Below are positions 13,001 to 23,072 of a stretch of DNA of 64,000 nucleotides, piece after piece; position 1 is the first letter of the stretch; each line of letters begins with the position of its first letter. The DNA is taken from contig CM097885.1 in NCBI GenBank assembly GCA_044892525.1, positions 104,346,001-104,410,000 on the forward strand, in the 5' to 3' direction. Both the position numbers and the translations under genes were made by a program. This DNA comes from Schmidtea polychroa. Its lineage: Eukaryota. The notes under the pieces were generated by a model. That model saw nothing but the letters and a program-made list of their open reading frames with translations. It was not told where the DNA came from and searched no databases.

Positions 13001-13761
13001 AGTAGGGTATTGTGTGGAGTCGGGAACAAAGACATATGACGTCATCGATGACGTCACAAAGACATATGAGTCATACCTCCGGGGGAGGGGGGTATTTTTA
13101 TTTTTTTAAACAAAGACATATGACTCATCGTGATGACTCATAATGATGACTCATCGTCGTGACTCATCGTCGTGACTCATCGTGATGACTCATCGTGATG
13201 CCTCGTCGTGATGACTCATCGTCGTGATGACTCATCGTGATGACTCATCAATGTCATATTATTATTTTTAAAAAATATTATTATTTTATTTTTAAATATT
13301 TTCAAAGTTCCCGTCAACGAAAATTATTCATCGATAGCTCATTTTAAAGCTCAATCCAAGAACTTTCGAATGAGCTATTGAAGGTATCATCATCATCATT
13401 AATATTGACAAAGTTATTAACAAATCATGACCACCTTATTTTCATAGTGAAATTATTATTCAAAATATTATTAGTGGTCCAGCGGAGTCCTGGTTTTCGT
13501 TTGCCCAAAAGTTGTCGTTCCAATCATTTTATTTCATTGTTCGATAGCTCATTTTAAAGCTTAGTGCAAGACCTTTCGAATGAGCTATTGAAGGTATCAT
13601 CATCATTAATATTGACAAAGTTATTATCGTTTTCCCGAGACCATTTTCAAGGTCATATAATTATTATTAATCTATATACTCCGAGTCTATCCGACAAAAT
13701 ATTCTGTCCCTCTATTGGTACGGTTCGTAAGGGTACTGGTCACGCTCAACAACTCGCAATG

Positions 13762-13847
<86 letters not shown>

Positions 13848-14096
13848 CTATATACTCCGAGTCTATCCGACAAGATATTTTGTCCCCCTATGGGTACTGT
13901 TTACAAAGGTAAAGGTCACAAATGTACTGCTAAAAAATATTCAAGACATTAACAAAGAAATTATACTTTAAATATATTAACACACTGGGTAAAGGTAACT
14001 AACAAAACTTTAACATATTATTATTACACACACACAATGTATAAAAATTGTTCACAAAGTTAAAAAAAATATTCAAGACAATATGACTAATACATT
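13001..14096 (+). repeat. Left TIR of the Polinton
   Basis: Reverse complement of 28035-29088. Differs mainly in ATT-repeat length and in substitutions within the TGACTCA array; contains internal direct repeats. Confidence 0.95.
13037..13247. promoter_or_regulatory. Array of 10 AP-1 (TGA[C/G]TCA) and 2 CRE/ATF (TGACGTCA) sites in the left TIR
   Basis: CRE at 13037 and 13049; AP-1 at 13067, 13121, 13134, 13147, 13160, 13173, 13186, 13212, 13228 and 13241. Function is inferred. Confidence 0.6.
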
Positions 14097-14453
14097 CAAG
14101 GTCATATAATTATTATTAATCTATATACTCCGAGTCTATCCGACAAAATATTCTGTCCCTCTATGGGTACTGTTCGTAAGGGTACTGGTCACGNNNNNNN
14201 NNNNNNNNNNNNNNNNNNNNNNNNNNNNNNNNNNNNNNNNNNNNNNNNNNNNNNNNNNNNNNNNNNNNNNNNNNNNNNNNNNNNNNNNNNNNNNNNNNNN
14301 NNNNNNNNNNNNNNNNNNNNNNNNCATTATACCAATATGAATATTGTTTTCATGGTGTATCAAATCAAAACTCCTATTTTTATAGTCTATCAACCAATCA
14401 AAATCATATGGTAGTAATATAAATAAAGCAGTATATTTTAAATTAATTTAGAA

Positions 14454-14982
14454 ATGTCGCAACCAAATTTTAGTGAAAATGTTCTAAACGGAATTGTCAC
14501 CGCGAATATAGTCGACAGCCTCAATTTCCTGATCAATCGAACTGAAAAAATCATTGAAGGTGAACATATCGATTATCAGCAAATGATGGAGATAGAATCC
14601 CTGGAAACCAAGAAGTTATACTTCAATAGAATATTTCAGTGTCTTTTCGATGAAGACATGAAATGGACAAGGATAATTGTAGGATTCACCTACATGAAGA
14701 TAATCATTGCAAAAGGTCAACATGACTCAGAACATTATTATCAGTGGTCTTTAGAAGTAAGATTTCTTTTATAATCTATATTTTATTAATATTCATTTCT
14801 AGATAATCAAGTCCAAGTTTACCCCATGGATAGAAGCCAATGGCGGATGGGGTGTATTAAATAAACTGGCCTGCAATTTTAAAGAAACTGATGAAATCAA
14901 AAGAAAAATGAAAAACTATATAAAACTTACAACTGGAGTTGTTATAATGTATATTTTCTGTAGATATATGAATAAAAATTAA
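14454..14982 (+). CDS. Bcl-2 family protein encoded by the Polinton (2 exons: 14454-14756, 14803-14982; 160 aa)
   Basis: BH1-like LFDEDMKWTRIIVGFTY; phase-0 46-nt intron GTAAGA...TTTCTAG; exon 2 gives BH2-like FTPWIEANGGW and a C-terminal hydrophobic anchor with basic tail (LTTGVVIMYIFCRYMNKN). Confidence 0.85.
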
Positions 14983-15027
14983 TGTTATTGTTTTTTAATA
15001 GTATATTTAAATGAAAATAATTCAATT

Positions 15028-15368
15028 TTAAAATTTATTAACACATTCGCAATCGTCATCTCCACATTTCATTATATTTTCAACGACATGATCAATACAA
15101 TCATTCGTAATATTATCTTTAGGTTCCTCTATAGGTTCATAGATTTCTTCATCAATTTCTTGAGTTTCTTCATGATTGTCAAATCCTGAATCTTGACTTT
15201 CAACTACCCAGCCGATATTTAAGGCATTTGTAACAGATAATATGTCCTCAATTTTTACACCAGCTATTTCTGCTAATTTTTCCAACAAAAAGTTGATTAA
15301 TAATTCTAAATAATAAATAATTCGGTATTTAATTAATCATGTTAACCTTTTTCTGTAGTCATTTTCAT
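15028..15368 (-). CDS. Small acidic Polinton protein (exons 15368-15347, 15305-15028; 99 aa)
   Basis: MKMTTEK/ELLINFLLEKLAEIAGV... joined by a 41-nt GT-AG intron (15346-15306); acidic middle, Cys-rich C-terminus (CGDDDCEC). Confidence 0.65.
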
Positions 15369-15495
15369 CACTTTAAAGCTATATTTTAAGTTTGTTTATA
15401 GATTTTCTTTGTTAAATTTGCATGTCATTTGCATTAATGTTGCAATTAATAAAGAGAAAAAACAAATATGACTAATACATTTATTAAATATCACA

Positions 15496-15915
15496 TTAAA
15501 ATAGTTGTGAAAGTCTAGCAGACATAATTTTCCAAATTGGAGAATACACATCATTATTATCAACTTTATATCCTTGGATTGCAATTGTTATATACCAATT
15601 TTCGTTTTCTTTGAAGCTGATTTCATCAAAGGAATCATAAAATCTTGCATATCTGTTGTTGAACCAGGCATGTTGATTACAAGATAGATTCGTATTCAAC
15701 CGTTTGAAAACCTCATCAATAGATTTAACATCTATCGTTGAAAGCGTGCCTGATAAGAATTGAAATTGGGTAGGAATTAGCTTGATCGGTGACGCCAATT
15801 TCATATTGATTTCTTCTTTTAAAAAATACATTTTATAGTTGTGGAACATTTGAACAGGTTGTACAAGTTCTGGAACAACTTTTGGCTTTTCAGTGCTTGA
15901 AATTTTCTTTGTCAT
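15496..15915 (-). CDS. Polinton hypothetical protein, 139 aa (possible OB-fold SSB)
   Basis: Clean ATG ORF with AATAAA at the stop and TATA/CCAAT-like sequence upstream. The C-terminal YITIAIQGYKVDNNDVYSPIWKI pattern recalls viral SSBs (weak). Confidence 0.7.
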   Translation of the reverse strand: MTKKISSTEKPKVVPELVQPVQMFHNYKMYFLKEEINMKLASPIKLIPTQFQFLSGTLSTIDVKSIDEVFKRLNTNLSCNQHAWFNNRYARFYDSFDEISFKENENWYITIAIQGYKVDNNDVYSPIWKIMSARLSQLF

Positions 15916-16188
15916 CGTGAATTATGATTAAAATGAAATGGTACGGGGTTTTTATACCTATGACTATTGTTTATCAACCAATCAGATTGCTGTATGTCTT
16001 TGTTTAAATTTGCATGTCTTTGTTTAAATTGCATGTCATTTGCATTAATGTTGCATTAATGTTTTTTATTATAAATATTGTTTTTTATTATTATTTCTAA
16101 TATTATTATTATTATTACTTATATTATTACTATTATTTCTATTTCTATTATTTCGATTTACAAAAACAAAACAATTCAACATAAAAAT

Positions 16189-16595
16189 TTATTTTGATAC
16201 AATCTGACTCGAGTGATGATTTCTCAGAGTCTTCACCAAACACCATTCAACATATTGTTGATAACGGAAATTGCAACAGCTACATCCGAAAATGCAAGGA
16301 ACCTCTGGTTTCATTTCTTTCATCCCCCTTCCTATCTTGATATCCCATAGAAAGGTGTTTATTATATCGAATATCCAGATTCGTGTTTGGTTGTATACCA
16401 AATCCGGAATGATAGCTGGATCTCTATCTTGTAGAATTTCATTTAATTCTGGATAATAGAAGCATAATCTTTGCAGGATAATTGATTGATACTGATCTGT
16501 AAAATATATATTAATGTAATAATAAAAAATTTGAAATTACCATAATTTGCATGCTCTTTCATTGAGGTGATTGCGGAACTTTGTATGTTGTACAT
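16189..16595 (-). CDS. Polinton Cys-containing hypothetical protein (exons 16595-16541, 16496-16189; 120 aa)
   Basis: MYNIQSSAITSMKEHANY/DQYQSIILQRLCFYYPELNE... joined by a 44-nt GT-AG intron (16540-16497) that puts exon 1 in frame with the track ORF; C-terminal CIFGCSCC cluster. Confidence 0.65.
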
Positions 16596-16716
16596 TTTTG
16601 TTGAATAAATGACAACTAAACCGAAAACATTTTGTTATAAATAATCATCAGCCAATTAGATTTCGACCAATCAGAATCATGCATTTCAATTGCATTGAAT
16701 TTGCAATGATAAATAA

Positions 16717-17181
16717 TTAATTAAGTGATAATAAAAAATCTAAAAATTCATTTCCTTCAATTATTGATTTAATTTCAGATATGATATTATCAACTATACA
16801 TTTGTAATCAATATTTTTTATTCCAAGAATTACTATCTTACCGCTAGCGAATATATTTACACACATAGGGTTATATTTTATATATCTCAAAGCTGGAAAT
16901 AATTCTGGTTCGTAAACACATGGTATTAATTTAGCCAATTCATTTAAATTACAAGAAAAACCTATATCGGAAGTTACGGTTATCGATTGTATTTCTAAAT
17001 CATAAACATTATATTCACTAGCTTTGATTATTTCCTTACACCCTATAATTCTACATTTGCCTGTTTTGAAATATATTATTGGATATTTTTTACTTCTATT
17101 GATGAGTTGTTGTGGTTTCCCCATTGGAAATACCATTTTTGATACATCAGCTTTTGCCCTGTAATTTATATTTGAAAGCAT
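16717..17181 (-). CDS. TATA-box-binding-protein (TBP)-like protein encoded by the Polinton, 154 aa
   Basis: Second TBP repeat clear: IQSITVTSDIGFSCNLNEL...YEPELFPALRY...VNIFASGKIVILGIK. First repeat degenerate: IYFKTGKCRIIGCK. Confidence 0.9.
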   Translation of the reverse strand: MLSNINYRAKADVSKMVFPMGKPQQLINRSKKYPIIYFKTGKCRIIGCKEIIKASEYNVYDLEIQSITVTSDIGFSCNLNELAKLIPCVYEPELFPALRYIKYNPMCVNIFASGKIVILGIKNIDYKCIVDNIISEIKSIIEGNEFLDFLLSLN

Positions 17182-17285
17182 TTTAATGAAATAATTATAA
17201 AAACTCTGTTATATATAGTTATTTTAAAAAGGAGTTCATTTAAATTATCAATATAAACAATAATTATATAGTTTAAATTTAAAAA

Positions 17286-17924
17286 ATGGAATTACGAAAT
17301 GATGCAGTATACCAAATCGTTGGTCCGAGTGGTAGTGGAAAAACATTATTTGTTTGTAAATTACTAAAATCAAATTTGTTCAAAACAAAATTCAACAATA
17401 TTTATTGGCATAGGGGCGCCGATGAAGAACATGGATTGACACAATCAAGTTTCTGTCAATTGAAAAACATGAAAATAGTAAAGGGTTTTGATAAAAACTG
17501 GTCAAGTCGTTTGAAGAAAGATGATGTCATCATTATCGATGATTTGTATCAAGAAGCCAATAAAGAAAAGAATTTTAATAATTTATTCACAAAAATCAGC
17601 AGGCATGCTGGTGTAACAGTTATTTTCATAACACAAAATCTATTTCATCAAGGTGGTGCACATCGAACACGTAATTTAAATGTACAATATCTAGTTATTT
17701 TCAAAAATCCTAGAGATGCAACTGTCATTGATTTTCTTGGACGACAAGCATACCCTAATAACCGTAATTTTCTTATCAATGCATTTCAAGATGCTACAAA
17801 AATACCTCATGGGTATATATTTCTCGATTTCACACAACAATGTCCTGATGATATACGGGTAAAAACAGATATTTTCAACCCAAAAGGTGCCATGGTTTAT
17901 AAACAAAGTTCAAAACAAATTTGA
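17286..17924 (+). CDS. A32/FtsK-like genome packaging ATPase
   Basis: Walker A GPSGSGKT, Walker B IIIDD, ISRH...IFITQNLF...RTRNLNVQYLVIFKNPRD typical of the Polinton ATPase. Confidence 0.95.
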   Translation: MELRNDAVYQIVGPSGSGKTLFVCKLLKSNLFKTKFNNIYWHRGADEEHGLTQSSFCQLKNMKIVKGFDKNWSSRLKKDDVIIIDDLYQEANKEKNFNNLFTKISRHAGVTVIFITQNLFHQGGAHRTRNLNVQYLVIFKNPRDATVIDFLGRQAYPNNRNFLINAFQDATKIPHGYIFLDFTQQCPDDIRVKTDIFNPKGAMVYKQSSKQI

Positions 17925-17937
17925 AAACACATAAATC

Positions 17938-18432
17938 ATGTTTTCAAAAACAAGGATATCGAGTAAAAAACAACCAAAAGTTCCACCAACAACTAGTTAT
18001 ACTCCATCTAAAGAACTTATTACAGAAAATTTTCCTGCAATGAATCTTATTTCGAAAAATCCTAAACCTAAACCTAAAAGTAAAACCACTAAGAAAGTAA
18101 AAGTTGTTAAAAATCATCGGAGTTTCCCGCTTTTCAATACATTGTTAAAGGCACCCAGTATGAAAAGAAACAGTATTTTGCAATCTTTTCCAAATTATGT
18201 TGTCGATGATTTACTCAATATTATACTTAAAGTAGTCAAAGGCAAGATTAAAATCAGTAAATCTAAAAACCAATTATTGAGTAAACATAGGAAACCATTG
18301 TTATCTTTAGTAAATAATAAAAATCGTCAACAAATGAGAAAAATTATATATAAACAACAAGGGGGATTTATCGGTGCATTGATACCTTTAGCAATATCAT
18401 TATTAGGTGGAATAATAGGAAGTCGATCATAA
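17938..18432 (+). CDS. Basic core protein with adenovirus pX(mu)-like C-terminus
   Basis: Very Lys-rich 164 aa ending QQGGFIGALIPLAISLLGGIIGS, resembling the GG-cleavage site plus amphipathic tail of adenoviral pX. Confidence 0.7.
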   Translation: MFSKTRISSKKQPKVPPTTSYTPSKELITENFPAMNLISKNPKPKPKSKTTKKVKVVKNHRSFPLFNTLLKAPSMKRNSILQSFPNYVVDDLLNIILKVVKGKIKISKSKNQLLSKHRKPLLSLVNNKNRQQMRKIIYKQQGGFIGALIPLAISLLGGIIGSRS

Positions 18433-18493
18433 ACAATGGGTGCTAATCCTTCATTACCAGACATTAAATTTAATTTTAAATCTTCTTGTTGTA

Positions 18494-19675
18494 ATGGAGA
18501 AGATTTGGACGAACCCAGAAGACGAAGCCGGTTTCGGTGGAGTGGCAAAATTAAACAAAAGAGTTCCGAATTCGAAAAAGGAAACCCAGAAGTGGTTATC
18601 AGACCAGCTTGCGTACAGTTTGAACAAACCAATGCAGAAACGATTCCCAACAAGAGTATATAAAACATATGGAATAAATGATTTATGGCAAATGGATTTG
18701 ATGGAGATGATACCTTATTCGAAAATTAACAATGAGAATAAATATATTTTAACATGTATTGATGTATTCAATCGGTTTGCCCGAGCAATACCCGTCAAGG
18801 CAAAATCTGCAGATGAAATGTCTAAAGCAATTAATATTTTATTTAAAGATGGGCATCCTAATANNNNNNNNNNNNNNNNNNNNNNNNNNNNNNNNNNNNN
18901 NNNNNNNNNNNNNNNNNNNNNNNNNNNNNNNNNNNNNNNNNNNNNNNNNNNNNNNNNNNNNNNNNNNNNNNNNNNNNNNNNNNNNNNNNNNNNNNNNNNN
19001 NNNNNNNNNNNNNNNNNNNNNNNNNNNNNNNNNNNNNNNNNNNNNNNNNNNNNNNNNNNNNNNNACAGTAAAGTCAAGCAAATCCTCAATAAATTAAAAA
19101 TAAACCATTACTCGGTACATTCTCAATACAAAGCTGCTCATGTTGAAAGATTTAACAGAACATTGAGAGATAGATTAAAGAAATTATTCGTGCATCAAGG
19201 TAATAAAAAATGGGTAAATGCTTTACCGAAAATAATAACAAGTTATAATCATTCATCACATCGAGGACTGGATGGATTGAGACCGGTTGATATTACATCA
19301 AAAACACCAGTATCTAAGAAATCTGTAAAAATTGCAAAACCTAAATATAAAGTCGGTGACCATGTTAGAATTAGTAAAATTAGTGCATCACCATTTATTA
19401 AAAATTTCGATACAAATTGGAGTGACGAAGTCTTTGTAATTTCAAAAATAAATACTAGCCAGAGTCCTGTAATGTATGTCATCAAAGACAATGATAATAA
19501 TATTGTACAAGGGAAATTTTATGAGCAGGAATTACAAGTCATTCCTCCTCCAAAAGTATTTAGAATTCAAAAGATATTGAAAACTAAAAAGGTCGGCAAG
19601 GATAAACAATACTATGTCAAATGGCATGGTTATCAAAACCCGTCATGGATATCAGAAAAGGATCTACTAAAGTGA
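18494..19675 (+). CDS. Retroviral-type (rve) integrase with C-terminal chromodomain
   Basis: WQMDLMEM, LTCIDVFNRFA, HVERFNRTLR, YNHSSHRGL, KVGDHVRI, chromodomain IQKILKTK...YYVKWHGY..PSWI. The second catalytic Asp falls in the N-gap 18864-19064. Confidence 0.93.
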   Translation: MEKIWTNPEDEAGFGGVAKLNKRVPNSKKETQKWLSDQLAYSLNKPMQKRFPTRVYKTYGINDLWQMDLMEMIPYSKINNENKYILTCIDVFNRFARAIPVKAKSADEMSKAINILFKDGHPNXXXXXXXXXXXXXXXXXXXXXXXXXXXXXXXXXXXXXXXXXXXXXXXXXXXXXXXXXXXXXXXXXXXXSKVKQILNKLKINHYSVHSQYKAAHVERFNRTLRDRLKKLFVHQGNKKWVNALPKIITSYNHSSHRGLDGLRPVDITSKTPVSKKSVKIAKPKYKVGDHVRISKISASPFIKNFDTNWSDEVFVISKINTSQSPVMYVIKDNDNNIVQGKFYEQELQVIPPPKVFRIQKILKTKKVGKDKQYYVKWHGYQNPSWISEKDLLK

Positions 19676-20687
19676 ATTTTTATACTATTTTACCGAGCAA
19701 TAGTTGCCCATTAATTCATCCAGACAATCAAGCCAGTAAATTTATGGTCAATCTCCAGAATCCGATTTCTTTAAATGGTGACTGGGAAGTTGCACTGCAA
19801 GATTTTACATTCGTGTACAACACATTCCCATTTTATAGTCAATGTAAGATTGATTTCAAAAGGAATATTGTGAAAACATGTAGCGGTATCTTTATTATCA
19901 GTAATTATGATAAAACATATCGTATTCCGAATCAAATATTAGATTCACATTGCTATATGTTTTACAAGGATGGATTAAATATCAGTTGTGATTTTAAACC
20001 ATTTACAATAACATTCGAATATATTGAAGATGCCAAACGAATGGGTTGCAGTAAGTTGAAAAATATTGTTACGGAGACCGAGTATTTATTACGTTTTAAT
20101 CTATTTGAAGCAAACAGTGTAATGAAAGAAGAAATCAAAATATCTGTATCGTATAATGATGAAGTTGAAGAATCATTTACCTTTGCTGATGAATTATATT
20201 TTGATAAACTTGATGATTTACTTAAATATTTAAAGTTCAATTGTTCACACATATTTAAAAATTTGGAAATTGTGAAAGATTTGATGTTTACCTTCAGTTT
20301 GAATGATGATATTTGTGAAGTTACATTTGAAAAAATTTGGCAAATTCGCTTGGATTAGATAAGCAAAAATATCGAGAAAAATCGACTGGTATACGCAAAC
20401 CAAGAATACTAGAACATCATCAACAAATGTTCATATATATAAATATTATCGAACCCATAATTGTTGGTGATTCCAGTGTTCCTCTATTGAAATCGGTATG
20501 GATTGGAAAATATGAACATGATGAAGTTGTCAATATAAATATAGATAATCCCATGTATTTACCAATAGCAAGTTCATGTATAAACAATATAGAAATAAAT
20601 ATTCGTGATGATAGTGGAAAACTTATAAACTTTCCAAAAGACTCAAAAACTCATTTGACACTACATTTTCGTAAAGTAGATGGCTAA
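19645..20687 (+). pseudogene. Minor capsid protein (penton), frameshifted near 20330-20340
   Basis: N-terminal FYTILPSNS..HPDNQASKF.V.L...I.L.GDWEVAL; C-terminal MFIYINIIEPIIVGDSSVPLL...LHFRK. Adding one A to the A6 run joins the two ORFs (FEKNLANSLGL). Confidence 0.85.
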
Positions 20688-21042
20688 TTCCGATATTATT
20701 AGTATGTATAGTGATAGCCAATCTGGCGGTGAATTACCATATTTTATTGGTAAACAGTACGGATCAGGTTGGTTAAAAACAATAGGGAGATTTGCACTTC
20801 CTATTCTTAAACGTATTGGTAGTTTTGGCATGAAAACTGCTAAAGACGTGATTATGAATGAACAGAAAATATTACCATCCCTAAAAACAAATGCTTTAGC
20901 TGAGTTAGGGAAGGTTCTACCTGGAGTTGCTGGTATGTTTCAAAAAGATACGCCTCCAGCCCCAGCTCAAAAACGTAAAAGACATGGAATATCGCGTATA
21001 AACAAACGAATGAAAGGACATGGAACTATATTTGCAAAATGA
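20680..21042 (+). CDS. Small virion protein with QxGG/QxGxG motifs and amphipathic helix (pVI/core-like)
   Basis: SQSGGELPYFIGKQYGSGWLKTIGRFALPILKRIG, basic C-terminus; lies just upstream of the major capsid gene. Confidence 0.75.
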   Translation: MANSDIISMYSDSQSGGELPYFIGKQYGSGWLKTIGRFALPILKRIGSFGMKTAKDVIMNEQKILPSLKTNALAELGKVLPGVAGMFQKDTPPAPAQKRKRHGISRINKRMKGHGTIFAK

Positions 21043-22223
21043 TTTGTGGTAAATCCGAATTATGTATATTTGATAGACCATCGCCTCAAGCTGTAATAGA
21101 ATTTGGTGCATTTGAGGAAGTTTTTCCTATGAATTCAATTACTGATAGTAGAAATGATATCGAGTTTTATATTAATGGTTCGCAAACTGAATATTTAGAT
21201 TTGAACGATACTTTATTGACTGTTCAGATCAAGGTTGTAGATAAAGAAAGAAAAGTTTTGGATGCCAATGCAGATGTAATACCGAACAATTTCATGTTTC
21301 ATACTCTGTTTAAAGATGCAGTGTTGGGATTTAATAATATCAAGATTGAAGGCATTAATAGAAACTATTTTAAATTACAATTCTGATACTAAAAATACAT
21401 GTCTTACACCTATGGGTTATGGCAGTGATGATGAAAGAAAAAAGTGGGTTAAAGGCTCAAAGGTTTTCACCATGTGCTCATCATTACAACTTGATTTTAT
21501 GGATCAACCGAAATATTTACTACCGGGAGTTAATGTACACATTAGACTGAAAAGGTTCGATTCTGCATTATCTCTTACTAGTGCAACTGGTGCACCAATA
21601 TGCCAATTAGTTGATGCAAAATTATTGGTGAGAAGAGTTCGAGTAGACCCGTCAGTATTAGCTGGTCATCAATTGGGGCTTAATTCAAAACATGCAATTT
21701 ATCCTTTAAAAACAAAGGAAATTGTACAATTTGCTATTGCTAAAGGTGCTTCATCATTCTATAAAGAACAAATATTTGGTGACAGAAGAATGCCTAATTT
21801 TATTCTGGTAACATTTCAAAGTGAAACGCAATATAATGGATCTTCCAGCTCAATTTTCAAAATTTTGGTGTTACTTCATTGACTTTGTCGAAAAATACTG
21901 ATTATAGAGAAACATATACTCAAGATTTCGAAAGCGATAATTACTGTGCGACATATATGCAGAGTATTGTTAGAAATCTGGGTTACTTAGATAAAAACTT
22001 GAATTGTGGAATAACTCTAGAAGATTTTAAAAGCAAATACCCATTTTTCACATTTGTTTTAGCCCCTGATTTTGATTTAAATCAGAGTCAACTACCTCAA
22101 AATGGAAATTTACGACTGGATATTAAGTTTGCAAGAGCCATTACTGAACCGGTACATGTTATAATATATGGAGTATTTGAAAATGAAGTTCAAATTACTG
22201 CAAATAGAACCGTGCTAGTATAA
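21039..22223 (+). pseudogene. Major capsid protein (double jelly-roll), broken into three ORFs
   Basis: KSELCIFDRPSPQAVIE...IEFYINGSQTEYLDLNDT; ALIETILNY; LQLDFMDQPKYLLPGVNVHIRL; RMPNFILVTF; GNLRLDIKFA. Frame breaks near 21350 and 21850. Confidence 0.9.
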
Positions 22224-22635
22224 ATGTATACAGAAACACAAAACGTTGTCATGGAGTAAGTTTTTTGATACTGTTTAATTTTATTAAAGTAGTTCTGTTC
22301 AGGTTAATCGAATTGGAAAACAGATATTAGGAAATGAATTTATAGGTGTTTTTCCTCTTGATAAAATTCCTTATTTGAGCAATAATCAAGCTATAATCGT
22401 CAATACTCATTCATCTCATCTTGGTGGAGAACATTGGATAGCTATATATGTGAAACCTAGTAATATATTCGTATTCGATCCTATGGGTTTCTATTATCCT
22501 TCTTTGTTGATATCAAAACTTCAAACAATTGGGAAACCTATTGTATATAATAAAACTATGTTTCAAAATCCATTGACTCAAACATGTGGTCAACACTGTT
22601 TGGCATGGTTGTTGTATACAAAATTTGATGGTTAA
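22224..22635 (+). CDS. Adenain-like cysteine protease, spliced (exon 1 22224/22251-22255, exon 2 22293-22635)
   Basis: Removing the 37-nt intron GTAAG...GTAG gives MDSVQVNRIGKQILGNEFIGVFPLDKIP. Catalytic GEHW, FDPMG and QTCGQHC are present. Confidence 0.88.
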
Positions 22636-23072
22636 TAAATGTATACTGTATGATTTTTATTTGTTGACTATTTTAATTATTTGTTAAATATTATTATTAT
22701 TATTAATATTATTATTATTAATATTATTAATATTATTATTATTTTGAAAAAATATTATTATTTTAATTAATTTTATTATTCAAATAAATATTATTAATTC
22801 TACATAAAGACTACCTATGCCTGAAGCATGCACAGTGCAAGTTAACAAAGGCATGACTAACAAAGGCAGTCACATGTAATTTTTGAGTGATTTACATGTA
22901 TGCGTGTGATTGGTTGAGAGAGTAAAATATTCAGTGTATATGTGTGTGTCTATATTCTCATTGGCTGGGACAGGAAAATATTCATTCTCTTTATAAACAT
23001 CGACAAATCTAAAATTTGTCACAATTATTTTAAAATTTTAAAAATCTATTAATAATAATAATATTTAACAAC

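Noticed and set aside
13110-13250. CRISPR-like repeat array
   Set aside because: Units are short, near-identical and lack unique spacers; eukaryotic context with no cas genes.
13564-13971. 135-aa poly-Leu ORF in the left TIR and its mirror at 28160-28525
   Set aside because: Product of the (TTA)n microsatellite inside the TIRs; starts at GTG; no coding signature.
14097-14324. Extra copy of the TIR subrepeat next to an N-gap
   Set aside because: Adjacent to a scaffold gap (14194-14324); may be an assembly artefact, so it was not used to extend the TIR.
16470-16552. Apparent LxCxD (LSCKD) pRB-binding motif in the 120-aa gene
   Set aside because: It lies in a frame that stops shortly after; the frame joining both exons reads QRLCFYY instead.
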